From Polyangiales bacterium (lineage in GTDB: Bacteria > Myxococcota_A > Polyangia > Polyangiales > Polyangiaceae), in contig JBBRNJ010000001.1 of assembly GCA_038230375.1 (NCBI GenBank), positions 232,929 to 296,928 of the forward strand: DNA of 64,000 nucleotides. The letters are read 5' to 3'. The notes beneath the pieces are model-generated. The model made no database searches. It was not told where the DNA came from and saw nothing but the letters and a program-made list of their open reading frames with translations. The translations under genes and the position numbers were made by a program. Within the stretch, counting starts at the first letter, position 1. Every line of letters starts with the position of its first letter. Of the stretch, positions 9,026 through 17,988 are shown one piece after another.

Positions 9026-10569
9026 TAGAATTGCACGCCGACGCGCGCTTGGACCTCGTGCAGTGCGTGGGCTCCGTCTCGCGCGTTGTCGTTCACGCCC
9101 TTCGCGAGGAGCTGACCGGGTGCGACGGCGCGCTGCGACGAGGTCTGGACGGGGCCGTTCTGGTTGCTCGCTGTGGTGGGGGCGCTGTCCGGGAAGAGGT
9201 AGCCGCTGTAGTCCAGCGACACGCGCACGTGCCTCGTGGCCCAGTAGTTCACGCCAAAGGAGATGCCGTGCACGTCGATGTCTCCCGTTGGCGTGAGCGC
9301 GTCGTCCGTGCCGCCGCGGCGTGAGCCGTCGTAGCCGGCATGAAGTCTCTCGTATCGGGCGACCAGCTGGACGCCGTGGCTCGGTACTCGCTGCGGCTTC
9401 TCGAAGTCGAGATGCAGCGGTTTGCCGACGCTCGGGTAGTTGATGAGGCTGCGCTCGCCCAGGACCCAGTAGCTGGCTTGGGCGTAGAACGATGCGCCGC
9501 GCAGCCCGCCTTTTCGCGCCGAGCCGTAGAGCTGATAGCCATCCCACCCCTCGCGCGTGTTCTCGTCCAGGACGACCACCTCGCCCGAGAGATCAAACCG
9601 CCCAAGAGGCACGTAGAGGTCCGCTCAGATCGCGCTCTGGTCCGTGCTTGGGATGATGTGCGTCAGGTGCCCGGCCGAGTCCTTGTAGGTTGCACGGAAG
9701 AACGAGTAACCGCCCTGCGTGGTGAACGGCGTGACGTCGTAGCCCACGCTCTTGCCATCGCGCGAGCCTCCGCGGAAGGAGACGCCCACTTGCGCGTCGG
9801 CCAGCATGCGCGGACCGCGGGTCACGAACGGCCTGGCGAGCACACGCGCGACCAGATCGTAGCGCGAGTCCACGTTGAGGCGATTCTGACCGTCGCCGTT
9901 GTAGATGCCGACGGTGTAGTAGAGCGCGCGGCTGGGCAGCTCTCCCCATGCCATGGCCCCGATGTCCCTTGTGGTGGGCGCAGCGTAGAGACGCGCGGTC
10001 ATGGATCGCTCGAGAAAATACGTGGTGTTGTCGCTGATGCGCGCCTCCATCCCGAACGGCACCAGGTACTGACCCACCTGAACATTGAAGTAAGGGGACG
10101 CAGCGAAGTTCACGAAGACGTCGGTGGGCGCCGGCTTCACCTGTGGCGCCTGCACGGCGGCGCTCTGGTCCACGCACGTGAGCGCGCCGGTCTTTGGGTC
10201 CACCGAGCACGCGCGCGTCTCCGCATGCGCACCGGCGTTGTCCAGTGCCGTGGGGCCGAACTCTGCGGACAGCTGCCACTGCCACTTCTCGAAGAACTCG
10301 CCGCCGATCTCGGTGCGCGCGCGACGCAGGAAGATGCCGGAGCCCAGGCCAGCGTCGGCTGGAAGATCGTTCACGCCTGGTCCAAATGACGCGAGCGCAT
10401 CGACGTGCACGCGACCCTGCACGTAGAGCCGGAACACATCGTCCTTGTCGCGCAGGTAGAAGAGCCCGTCGCGGAAGCCGGCGAGCGGCGGCGACTCTTC
10501 TCTTGCGGCCGCGGGCGCAGACGCGGGCGCCACGTAGGCACTCTCGGCTACGAGCGCGGGCGCGGTCAT
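9025..10569 (-). pseudogene. OprO/OprP-like anion-selective porin interrupted by an in-frame TGA at 9625-9627
   Basis: ORFs 9625-10569 and 9025-9612 share one frame (..SAI*ADLYVPLG..). Porin O/P-like motifs IFLRRAR, VGQYLVPFGME, RDIG, GVNYW and a C-terminal Phe (RVGVQF). Confidence 0.7.
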
Positions 10570-11855
10570 GGGGGCGAGGACCTGAAGATCGCTGCCGCCA
10601 CGGTATCTGCAGTGCCACGTGAGATCAGGATCGCGCGACCGCCTTCACGGCTCTGCGCGTAGGGCGCCCACGCGAGCGGCTCACTCGTGAGGACCCGCAC
10701 GCGACCGAAGTCGTTCAAGCGCAGCGAGCTTGCAGGGCGGGCCGCGTTCTCCTCCACATCGTATGCAGAGAGGATCGCATCGACCGTCGCGCGGACCTTC
10801 TTCGCGCCATGCTTCAAGAGCAGCGTCGCACCGGGCACCAGCGCCTCGCGCCCCACCCATGCAAGATCGAGCTCCACCTGGCGTGCGGGCTCGAGGGCGC
10901 TCGCCTCGGGCAAGAAGACGTCGCCGCGAGACACGTCGACCTCGTCCTGCAGCGTGATTGTCGCAGACTGGCCGGCGTGCACCATCGGGCTCGGGCCATC
11001 CAGCAGCTCGATGCGCTCGATGCGACTCGTGAGACCGCTTGCCGCGACCTTCACGACGTCACGTTCGCGAAGCTCACCGGAGGCCAGCGTGCCCACATAG
11101 CCGCGCCTTGCAAGCGAGCCTACGCCCTGCGGACGGCGCACCCACTGCACCGAGAAGCGCGCTTCGCTCGTGCTCCGCGCCGTGGTCTCGAGCTCTGCGA
11201 GATGCGCGTAGAGCGTTGGCCCGTCGAACCACGGCATGCGCGTGCTGGCGCGCACCACGTTGTCTCCCGACAGCGCACTGACCGGGAAGAACGATAGCGC
11301 GGTGCGAGGCCGCCCAACCGTCAGCGGACTCCGGGACGCGTACTCGCACGCCCACTCGCGCGCACGCACGAACGCGTCGTGGGAGAAGCCGACTGCGTCC
11401 ATCTTGTTCACCACGATGACCACGTTCGGCACGCCCAGGAAGAGCCCCGCGGCAAGGTGCCGCTTCGTCTGCGGAAGCAACGAGTCGGTGGTCTTCGTCG
11501 GATCCACCAGGACCAGCAGCACGTCCGCGGTGGACGCAGCGGTGAGCGTGTTACGTGTATACTGCACATGTCCTGGCGCGTCCGCCAGGATGAAGCGGCG
11601 CAGCGGCGTGGTCGCAAAACGCCAGGCCACGTCGATCGTGATGCCCTGCTCGCGTTCGGCGCGGAGCCCATCCGTCACCAGCGACAGATCAGCTTCGGCC
11701 TTTCCCTGGCGCGCGCTCACGTCCGTCACATGGGAGAGCTGGTCGGTGAAGATGGTGTCCGTGTCGAAGAGCAGACGACCAATGAGGGTGCTCTTGCCAT
11801 CGTCTACGCTGCCGGCGGTTGCGCAACGAAGCGGAAGATCGCAGTACGTGCTCAT
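10566..11855 (-). CDS. cysN: Sulfate adenylyltransferase subunit 1 (GTPase), no CysC fusion
   Basis: GSVDDGKSTLIGRLL, RAEREQGITIDVA, DAPGH, NKMD, SAL. The ATG overlaps the cysD stop. Confidence 0.93.
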   Translation of the reverse strand: MSTYCDLPLRCATAGSVDDGKSTLIGRLLFDTDTIFTDQLSHVTDVSARQGKAEADLSLVTDGLRAEREQGITIDVAWRFATTPLRRFILADAPGHVQYTRNTLTAASTADVLLVLVDPTKTTDSLLPQTKRHLAAGLFLGVPNVVIVVNKMDAVGFSHDAFVRAREWACEYASRSPLTVGRPRTALSFFPVSALSGDNVVRASTRMPWFDGPTLYAHLAELETTARSTSEARFSVQWVRRPQGVGSLARRGYVGTLASGELRERDVVKVAASGLTSRIERIELLDGPSPMVHAGQSATITLQDEVDVSRGDVFLPEASALEPARQVELDLAWVGREALVPGATLLLKHGAKKVRATVDAILSAYDVEENAARPASSLRLNDFGRVRVLTSEPLAWAPYAQSREGGRAILISRGTADTVAAAIFRSSPP

Positions 11856-12772
11856 CAAAAATATCCCTCTTTCTTTCGGTCTTCCATCGCTGCATCCGTG
11901 GCGCGGTCATCTGCGCGGGTGGCGCCGCGCTCGGTCACGCGTGCGTCTTGCACTTCTCGCAGCACCTCTGGAAGCGTGCGCGCGGAGGAGCGCACTGCGC
12001 CCGTGCACGAGGCGTCGCCTACCGTGCGGAAGCGCACCGTCTCCGTGAATGACACCTCGCTCGCGGTGCGCTGCACGAAGGGCGTGACTCCGTAGAGCAT
12101 GCCGTCGCGCTCGAACACCTCGCGCTCGTGCGCAAAGTAGATGTCCGGAACGCGAAGGTCGCGCGCGGCGATGTAGCTCCACACGTCAAGCTCGGTCCAG
12201 TTGGAGATCGGAAACACGCGCAGGTGCCCGCCCTTCGCAACGTCCAGGTTGTAGAGGTCGAACATCTCGGGGCGCTGGTTCTTCGGGTCCCATCCGCCAA
12301 GCTCGTCCCGCACGCTCACGACGCGCTCCTTTGCGCGCGCGCGGTCCTCGTCTCTTCGCGCGCCACCGAACGCGGCGTCGAAGCGGTGCTCCGCGATCGC
12401 GTCAAGGAGCGTCACGCTCTGCAATCGATTGCGGGACGCGCGTGGCCCGCGCTCTTCCGTGACCCGCCCCTCATCGATCGACCTCTGCACGCTCGCCACG
12501 ATGAGGGGCACCGAGAGCGACGCGCAGAGCGCATCACGAAACGCGATCACCTCCTCGAAGTTGTGCCCCGTATCCACGTGCATGACGGACAGCGGCAGCT
12601 TCTCGCCTGCGAACGCGCGCGCACAGAGGTGCAGCAGGATGATGGAGTCCTTCCCTCCCGAGAAGAGGAGGACCGGACGCTCACGCTCGGCGACCACCTC
12701 GCGGATCGTGTGGACGGACTCTTCCTCGAGAGCGGCGAGCGCAGGAGCAAGACGGGGGTTCGTAAAGGCCAT
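11855..12772 (-). CDS. cysD: Sulfate adenylyltransferase subunit 2
   Basis: LLFSGGKDS, HVDTGHNF, GGARRDE, WDPKNQRPE, RVFPISNWTE, MEDRKKEGYF. Confidence 0.96.
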   Translation of the reverse strand: MAFTNPRLAPALAALEEESVHTIREVVAERERPVLLFSGGKDSIILLHLCARAFAGEKLPLSVMHVDTGHNFEEVIAFRDALCASLSVPLIVASVQRSIDEGRVTEERGPRASRNRLQSVTLLDAIAEHRFDAAFGGARRDEDRARAKERVVSVRDELGGWDPKNQRPEMFDLYNLDVAKGGHLRVFPISNWTELDVWSYIAARDLRVPDIYFAHEREVFERDGMLYGVTPFVQRTASEVSFTETVRFRTVGDASCTGAVRSSARTLPEVLREVQDARVTERGATRADDRATDAAMEDRKKEGYF

Positions 12773-12790
12773 GCGGTTTGTCTAGCATCA

Positions 12791-12831
12791 CGGACATTCG
12801 TCCGCTATAACGAATATCCGTTATAACGGAC
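12791..12831. promoter_or_regulatory. Tandem palindromic operator candidates in the divergent cys intergenic region
   Basis: Perfect palindrome TCCGTTATAACGGA at 12817-12830; imperfect copy TCCGCTATAACGAA at 12801-12814; small inverted repeat CGGAC-ATTC-GTCCG at 12791-12804. Confidence 0.6.
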
Positions 12832-12879
12832 GTTCTGCCAGAGGCTTTAATTCAGCCTCGGAAAGCGCGCAAGGCTCAC

Positions 12880-13230
12880 ATGTGGTGGTTTCTAGGTTCC
12901 CTCGGCATCGTGGCTATCGAGGCGTCATACGTTCCCCAGATCGCGCGCCTCTTCCGCATCAAACGCGCGGATGACGTGAGTCTCTTCTTCCCTTCGCTCA
13001 ACGCGGCGGGGCGTGTGCTTGCGCTTGCCTACTCCGTGCTGTCGCACCAGCCAGTGTTCGTCGTCGGCTTCATGGTTGGGCTCGTGCTCCGGTTGACGCT
13101 GCTTGCGCAGGTCATCTGGTACCGGAAGCTCGCGAAGCGCAGACAATCGGTAGAGGCAAGAGGCGCGAGCGCGCCTGATGCCGTCGACACGCACGACGTG
13201 ATCGTCACCACCACGCCGGTGCATCCGTGA
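12880..13230 (+). CDS. PQ-loop / SemiSWEET-like three-helix membrane protein
   Basis: SYVPQIARLFRIKRADDVS matches the PQ-loop pattern; three hydrophobic segments. Confidence 0.7.
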   Translation: MWWFLGSLGIVAIEASYVPQIARLFRIKRADDVSLFFPSLNAAGRVLALAYSVLSHQPVFVVGFMVGLVLRLTLLAQVIWYRKLAKRRQSVEARGASAPDAVDTHDVIVTTTPVHP

Positions 13231-13997
13231 CCGCGCATCCCAAGGTAGTGGACGCCACGCAGCACGGCGCGCAGCACGGCTCCGCGTTCGAGGCGCTCGT
13301 GCTTGCGGCGGAATCGGGGCTGGACCCGTTCGTCGAAGCGGCCGTGGCCACGTTCGGTGCTTCGCTGTCCATCGCGTGCAGCTTTGGCGTGGAAGACATG
13401 GTGGTGCTGGACGCCGTGGCAACTGCAGCGCGCGACCGCAAGGACAAGCCCACTGTGTTCCTTCTGGACACGGGTCGACTGCATCAAGAGACGTTCGATC
13501 TCGTGGAGCGCGTGCGAGATCGCTACGCGCTTCCCATCACTGTCTACGCGCCGTCGGCACTGGATGTGGAGACGCTGGTCAACACGCAGGGCACCAACGG
13601 CTTCTACGGGAGCGTGGACGCACGCAAGGAATGCTGCCGCGTCCGCAAGGTGGTGCCGCTGGCGCGCGCGCTCGCGAAGGCTTCTGCGTGGATGACCGGA
13701 CTCCGGCGCGAGCAGTCGATCACACGCGCCGAGATCGCAAAGGTGGAGGTGGATGACGCGCACGGCGGCATCCTCAAGCTGTCGCCGCTCACCAGCTACA
13801 CGGAGGCAGAGGTGTGGGCACGCGCGAAGGAGCGCGACATCCCGACGCACGCGCTTCACGCCCGCGGCTTTCCGTCCATCGGCTGCGCGCCGTGCACACG
13901 CGCAATCCAGCCAGGTGAGGACGCGCGCGCAGGTCGCTGGTGGTGGGAGAGCGCGGAGCACAAGGAGTGCGGCCTGCACGGGAGGAAGAGCAAATGA
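13227..13997 (+). CDS. cysH: APS/PAPS reductase, probably the [4Fe-4S] APS-reducing type
   Basis: SFGVED, LDTGRL, ECCRVRKV, TGLRREQS, SIGCAPCT, RAGRW, ECGLH. Confidence 0.93.
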   Translation: MTAHPKVVDATQHGAQHGSAFEALVLAAESGLDPFVEAAVATFGASLSIACSFGVEDMVVLDAVATAARDRKDKPTVFLLDTGRLHQETFDLVERVRDRYALPITVYAPSALDVETLVNTQGTNGFYGSVDARKECCRVRKVVPLARALAKASAWMTGLRREQSITRAEIAKVEVDDAHGGILKLSPLTSYTEAEVWARAKERDIPTHALHARGFPSIGCAPCTRAIQPGEDARAGRWWWESAEHKECGLHGRKSK

Positions 13998-14599
13998 GCG
14001 CTCTTTTCCCGCTGTTCCTGAAGCTCGACGGACTGCCCGTGCTGGTCGTGGGCGCAGGGCCCGTTGCGCTGGAGAAGACGCGAGCGTTGCTTGCGGTCGG
14101 CGCGCGCGTTCGCGTGGTCGCGGTCGACGTGACGGAGGAGTTCAAGGACGTCCCCGTCACCATCGACCGCAGGGCCTTTCATCAGAGCGACGTGAGCGAC
14201 GTCTTCTTCATCGTCGCCGCGGCAACACCAGAGGTGAACCGCGCCGTGCTCGCCGCGGGGAACGCAGCGCATCGCTTCGTGGTCGCGGTGGATGATCCGG
14301 ACGCGTGCACCGCGTACGGGGCTGCGGTGCTGGAGCGCGGCGGCGTGTCGATCGCGTTCTCCTCATCGGGCCGCGCGCCCTCGCTCGTGGCTCTCTTGCG
14401 GCGTGCCGTGGACTCGCTCTTGCCCGACGACCTGTCGGAATGGCGACTCACGGCCGAGTCGTTGCGAGCGACGTTGAAGGAGAAGGGCGTCCCCCTGGCC
14501 GAGCGCACTCCGCTTCTCCTCTCCGCGCTGCAAGCCATGTACGCACCGCCGCCGCGGGCGTGGACGAGCGACGCCGGTACGAATGGAGGCACGGCATGA
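13994..14599 (+). CDS. Precorrin-2 dehydrogenase / sirohydrochlorin ferrochelatase (CysG N-terminal/Met8-like)
   Basis: LFPLFLKL, VLVVGAGPVALEK, VDDP, SSSGRAP. ATG at 13994 overlaps the cysH stop. Confidence 0.88.
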   Translation: MSALFPLFLKLDGLPVLVVGAGPVALEKTRALLAVGARVRVVAVDVTEEFKDVPVTIDRRAFHQSDVSDVFFIVAAATPEVNRAVLAAGNAAHRFVVAVDDPDACTAYGAAVLERGGVSIAFSSSGRAPSLVALLRRAVDSLLPDDLSEWRLTAESLRATLKEKGVPLAERTPLLLSALQAMYAPPPRAWTSDAGTNGGTA

Positions 14600-15351
14600 C
14601 TGGTCACGTGACACTCGTGGGCGCAGGGCCCGGTGATCCCGAACTCCTCACGCTACGCGCAGCCCGCGTGCTCTCGGAGGCAGACGTGGTCCTCTACGAT
14701 GCGCTCGTGGACCCACGCGTGCTCGACCTTGCAGGGCGCGCGCGCAGGCTTTTTGTAGGCAAACGGCGCAATCGACATGCGGTCTCTCAGGAGACGATCG
14801 GAAAGCTTCTGGTCCGTTTTGCGCGACGCGGAGAGCGCGTAGTTCGCCTGAAGGCCGGCGATCCGTTCGTGTTCGGCCGCGGCGGCGAAGAGATGCTGGC
14901 GTGCACCCAGGCCGGCGTCTCCGTCAGCGTGGTCCCAGGCGTGACCAGCGCCTTCGCCGCTCCACTGCTGGCGAACATCCCCGTCACGCATCGGGGTGTT
15001 TCGCGCGGCTGCGTCGTGCTCACGGGCACGCCGCGTGAAGCGTACGAGTCGCTGCTCCCGCGCCTTCACGCGCAGGACGTCACCATCGTGCTGCTCATGG
15101 CGCTCGACGCGCGCGCGGCGATCTCCGCGTTCGCCATCGCGAACGGATTTTCGCCCACCCATCCTGCCGCGATCCTCTGCGGCGCCTCCACGGCCGCGGA
15201 GGCGACCTGGATCGGAACCCTTGAAGAGCTCCCCCATGCGGTCATCCCGGAAGGACCACCGGGTGTGCTCGTCCTTGGAGAGACCGTGCGCTTCGCCAGC
15301 GCGCTTCGTGAGATCACGTTCGAGAATCGAAAAGCAGGAGTCATCGCATGA
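14596..15351 (+). CDS. cobA: Uroporphyrinogen-III C-methyltransferase
   Basis: LVGAGPGDPELLT, YDALV, RLKAGDPFVFGRGGEE, VPGVTS, PVTHRG. Confidence 0.93.
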   Translation: MTGHVTLVGAGPGDPELLTLRAARVLSEADVVLYDALVDPRVLDLAGRARRLFVGKRRNRHAVSQETIGKLLVRFARRGERVVRLKAGDPFVFGRGGEEMLACTQAGVSVSVVPGVTSAFAAPLLANIPVTHRGVSRGCVVLTGTPREAYESLLPRLHAQDVTIVLLMALDARAAISAFAIANGFSPTHPAAILCGASTAAEATWIGTLEELPHAVIPEGPPGVLVLGETVRFASALREITFENRKAGVIA

Positions 15352-17174
15352 GCCAGCAAGAATTCGGTGTGGCACGTAACTCGTTCGCCAGCGCGGGTGA
15401 GATCGACACGTTTCTGGGCACGCTCGCGCGATTCGAGAGCGGCGAGATCAGCCCCGACGAATGGCGCGCCTTCCGCCTGGTATCCGGGACCTACGGCCAG
15501 CGGCAAGAGGGCGACCTCTCCATGCTGCGCGTGAAGATCCCGCAGGGCATCCTCACGAGCGCGCAGGTGCAGGCGATCGCGCACGTCTCGGAGACCTACT
15601 CGCGCGGCTTCTCGCACGTCACCACCCGGCAAAACGTGCAGTTCCACTTCATCCCGCTCCATCAGGTCGGCGCAGCGATGAGCGTGCTCGAAGCCGCGGG
15701 CCTGACCACGCGAGAGGCATGCGGCAACTCCGTTCGCAATGTGACCACCAGCGCAACGGCCGGTGTGGCAGACGACGAGGTGTTCGACCCCGTGCCGTTC
15801 GCAGAGGCCTTCACGCGCCACTTCCTCCGGCACCCGCTGTCCTCCACGCTGCCGCGCAAGTTCAAGGTCGCGTTCTCTGGCGGCGGGCGCGATCACTCGT
15901 TCGCGGCGATCAACGACATCGGCTTCTTTGCGCGATGGGGCGCATCCGACACGCCGTGCTTCCGCGTCGTGGTCGCCGGTGGAACGGCCACCATGGTCGC
16001 AAGCGGCCGCCTTCTCTTCACGGAGCTCCCGGCGACCGACATCCTTGCGGTGGGAGAGGCGCTGCTCGCGCTGTTCCACGCGCGCGGTGATCGGGAGCAC
16101 CGCCAGAAGAACAGGATGAAGTTCCTGGTGAAGACCATGGGCTGGGACGCATTCCACGCAGAGTTTCTGACGCACTTCGAGGTCGCGAAATCACGCGCGC
16201 TGCGTCTTCCGTTCGATCCGTCGCGACCCCCGCGGGCCACGGCGCCCGCGTCGCGCACGCCCGTTCCGAGCTCCCAGGAGATAGACGCGCTGCTCGGCGC
16301 AGACCGCGTGAAGGGCCCGGGGATCGTGCCGCGGCATCTGCCCATCGTCGACGCAAAGCGCGAGGCCACACGCGCGCGATTCCTCGAGACCAACGTCGCT
16401 CGTCAGCGACAGGATGGATTCTCCATCGTGACGGTCACGCTGCCGCTCGGCGATGTGTCGTCGGGGCGGTGGCGCGTTCTATCGCGTCTGGCAGAGGCGT
16501 ACGCGGATGGTGAGCTGCGCACCACGGCCACCCAGAACGTCGTGCTGCGATGGGTCCCCACCGAAGATGTGAATGCACTCTACACACATCTGGATCGCAT
16601 CGGCCTGGGCCGACCGGACCCGGTGTCCATCGCGGACGTGGGCAGCTGCCCCGGAGCGGAGTCATGCAAGCTCGCAGTCACTCAGTCGCGCGGCGTCGCG
16701 GCGCTCGTGAACGAGGAGCTAGAGAATGATCTGGCGCTCCTCGATCGCGCAAAGGGCCTCGAGGTGCGCGTATCCGGCTGCCCGAACGGCTGCGGCCTGC
16801 ACCACGTAGCGGGCATCGGACTACAGGGCGGGCTCCGCAAGGTGGATGGAAGGCCCGTCCCGCAGTACTTCCTGACAATCGGCGGAGACGCCTCCGGGGA
16901 AGTGGCGCGCTTCGGCCGTCTAGCAGCGAAGGTACCCGCGCGACGAGTCCCCGCCGCGATCCGCAAGCTAGTAGCGCTCTACGAACGAGAGCGCGAAAGC
17001 GCCGAGGAGCCAATAACCAAGTTCCTGGGCCGCGTGGACATCGCACTAGTAAAGAAGGAGCTAGCCGACCTAGAAAAGCTAGACAGCTCCACCGCCACCC
17101 CAGAAGACTTCATAGATCTAGGAGAAACCAAAGCCTTCGCCCCAACAACCACCGAAGGCGAATGCGCGGTCTGA
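15348..17174 (+). CDS. Nitrite/sulfite reductase hemoprotein (assimilatory sulfite reductase by context)
   Basis: MLRVKIPQG, TTRQNVQFH, CGNSVRN, LPRKFK, and siroheme/Fe-S ligands CPGAESC...GCPNGC. Confidence 0.92.
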   Translation: MSQQEFGVARNSFASAGEIDTFLGTLARFESGEISPDEWRAFRLVSGTYGQRQEGDLSMLRVKIPQGILTSAQVQAIAHVSETYSRGFSHVTTRQNVQFHFIPLHQVGAAMSVLEAAGLTTREACGNSVRNVTTSATAGVADDEVFDPVPFAEAFTRHFLRHPLSSTLPRKFKVAFSGGGRDHSFAAINDIGFFARWGASDTPCFRVVVAGGTATMVASGRLLFTELPATDILAVGEALLALFHARGDREHRQKNRMKFLVKTMGWDAFHAEFLTHFEVAKSRALRLPFDPSRPPRATAPASRTPVPSSQEIDALLGADRVKGPGIVPRHLPIVDAKREATRARFLETNVARQRQDGFSIVTVTLPLGDVSSGRWRVLSRLAEAYADGELRTTATQNVVLRWVPTEDVNALYTHLDRIGLGRPDPVSIADVGSCPGAESCKLAVTQSRGVAALVNEELENDLALLDRAKGLEVRVSGCPNGCGLHHVAGIGLQGGLRKVDGRPVPQYFLTIGGDASGEVARFGRLAAKVPARRVPAAIRKLVALYERERESAEEPITKFLGRVDIALVKKELADLEKLDSSTATPEDFIDLGETKAFAPTTTEGECAV

Positions 17175-17213
17175 CGACCAAGCACCGGGCCACTTCAGTC
17201 GCAGCGCGGCCCC

Positions 17214-17954
17214 TCAATCACAATTGACCTTGTCGATCATGACTGAGCACTTGCAAGAGCGGTCTTTGACCATCTTGTTGTTCTTGCAGACAAGCTTGGT
17301 CTTCTTGTCGGTGGAGCAGGCGAACTTTCCTTCGTACTCGCTCGAGTCGCAGGTGTCGCCCAGGTCCGAGATGGTCTCGTCGCACTCGAGCTCGGTGCCA
17401 CGCTGGCGGCAGCCGTGCATTCCCTTGCAGGTGGCGCCGAGGGTCATCTTGCCGCTCTTGCAGAGGAGGAGGTTCTTCTTGTCCTCGGTGCAGGAGGCGT
17501 TTCCCTCGTTCTCCTTGGTGCATGGCGAGCCCACGGAGCTGGCGCCCAGATCGCACTTCGCGCCCTCCACGTTGGAGACGCAGCCAAGGGCGCCCTTGCA
17601 CGCGTCGATCAGCTTCCAGTGACCCGTCTCGCACTTGATCATCGACTTGCGATCGCCGGAGCATGAGGGCTTGCCTTCTTCGAGGCACCCCTCGCCGACC
17701 TTGTACTCGCTGTGCGAGCAGCTGCCGTCGCCCACGACGGTCATGCACCCGGTCGGGCCTTCGCACGCGAGAGCCTCCCACTTGCCCTGGATGCAGAAGA
17801 GGCCAGTCTGCTTGTCAAGGCACTGGACCTCCCCCGCGGTCTTGCAAGCAGCTCCGGCGACAGGCGGCTTCTTGCACGCCACCACGAGAAAAGAAGCCGA
17901 AACGACGGCGGCGACGACGATCACACGCGCAGCTCTGGAGGTCCCCTTGTGCAT
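17214..17954 (-). CDS. Cys-rich repeat lipoprotein
   Basis: Signal peptide with lipobox LVVAC; about four Cys-rich repeats (C-x-x-G-K/H-W/M...C-x-G-x-x-G-C). Confidence 0.8.
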   Translation of the reverse strand: MHKGTSRAARVIVVAAVVSASFLVVACKKPPVAGAACKTAGEVQCLDKQTGLFCIQGKWEALACEGPTGCMTVVGDGSCSHSEYKVGEGCLEEGKPSCSGDRKSMIKCETGHWKLIDACKGALGCVSNVEGAKCDLGASSVGSPCTKENEGNASCTEDKKNLLLCKSGKMTLGATCKGMHGCRQRGTELECDETISDLGDTCDSSEYEGKFACSTDKKTKLVCKNNKMVKDRSCKCSVMIDKVNCD

Positions 17955-17988
17955 GGCCCCAACCCTACCATGAGAGGTAGACCAAAGA

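Noticed and set aside
9560..9627. Selenocysteine recoding of the porin UGA
   Set aside because: Only a weak GC hairpin follows, the position looks like a beta-strand Gly site, and porins are not known selenoproteins. Not excluded computationally.
10566..13997. Absence of cysC as a pathway defect
   Set aside because: CysH has the CC...CxxC cluster motif of APS reductases, which bypass APS kinase.
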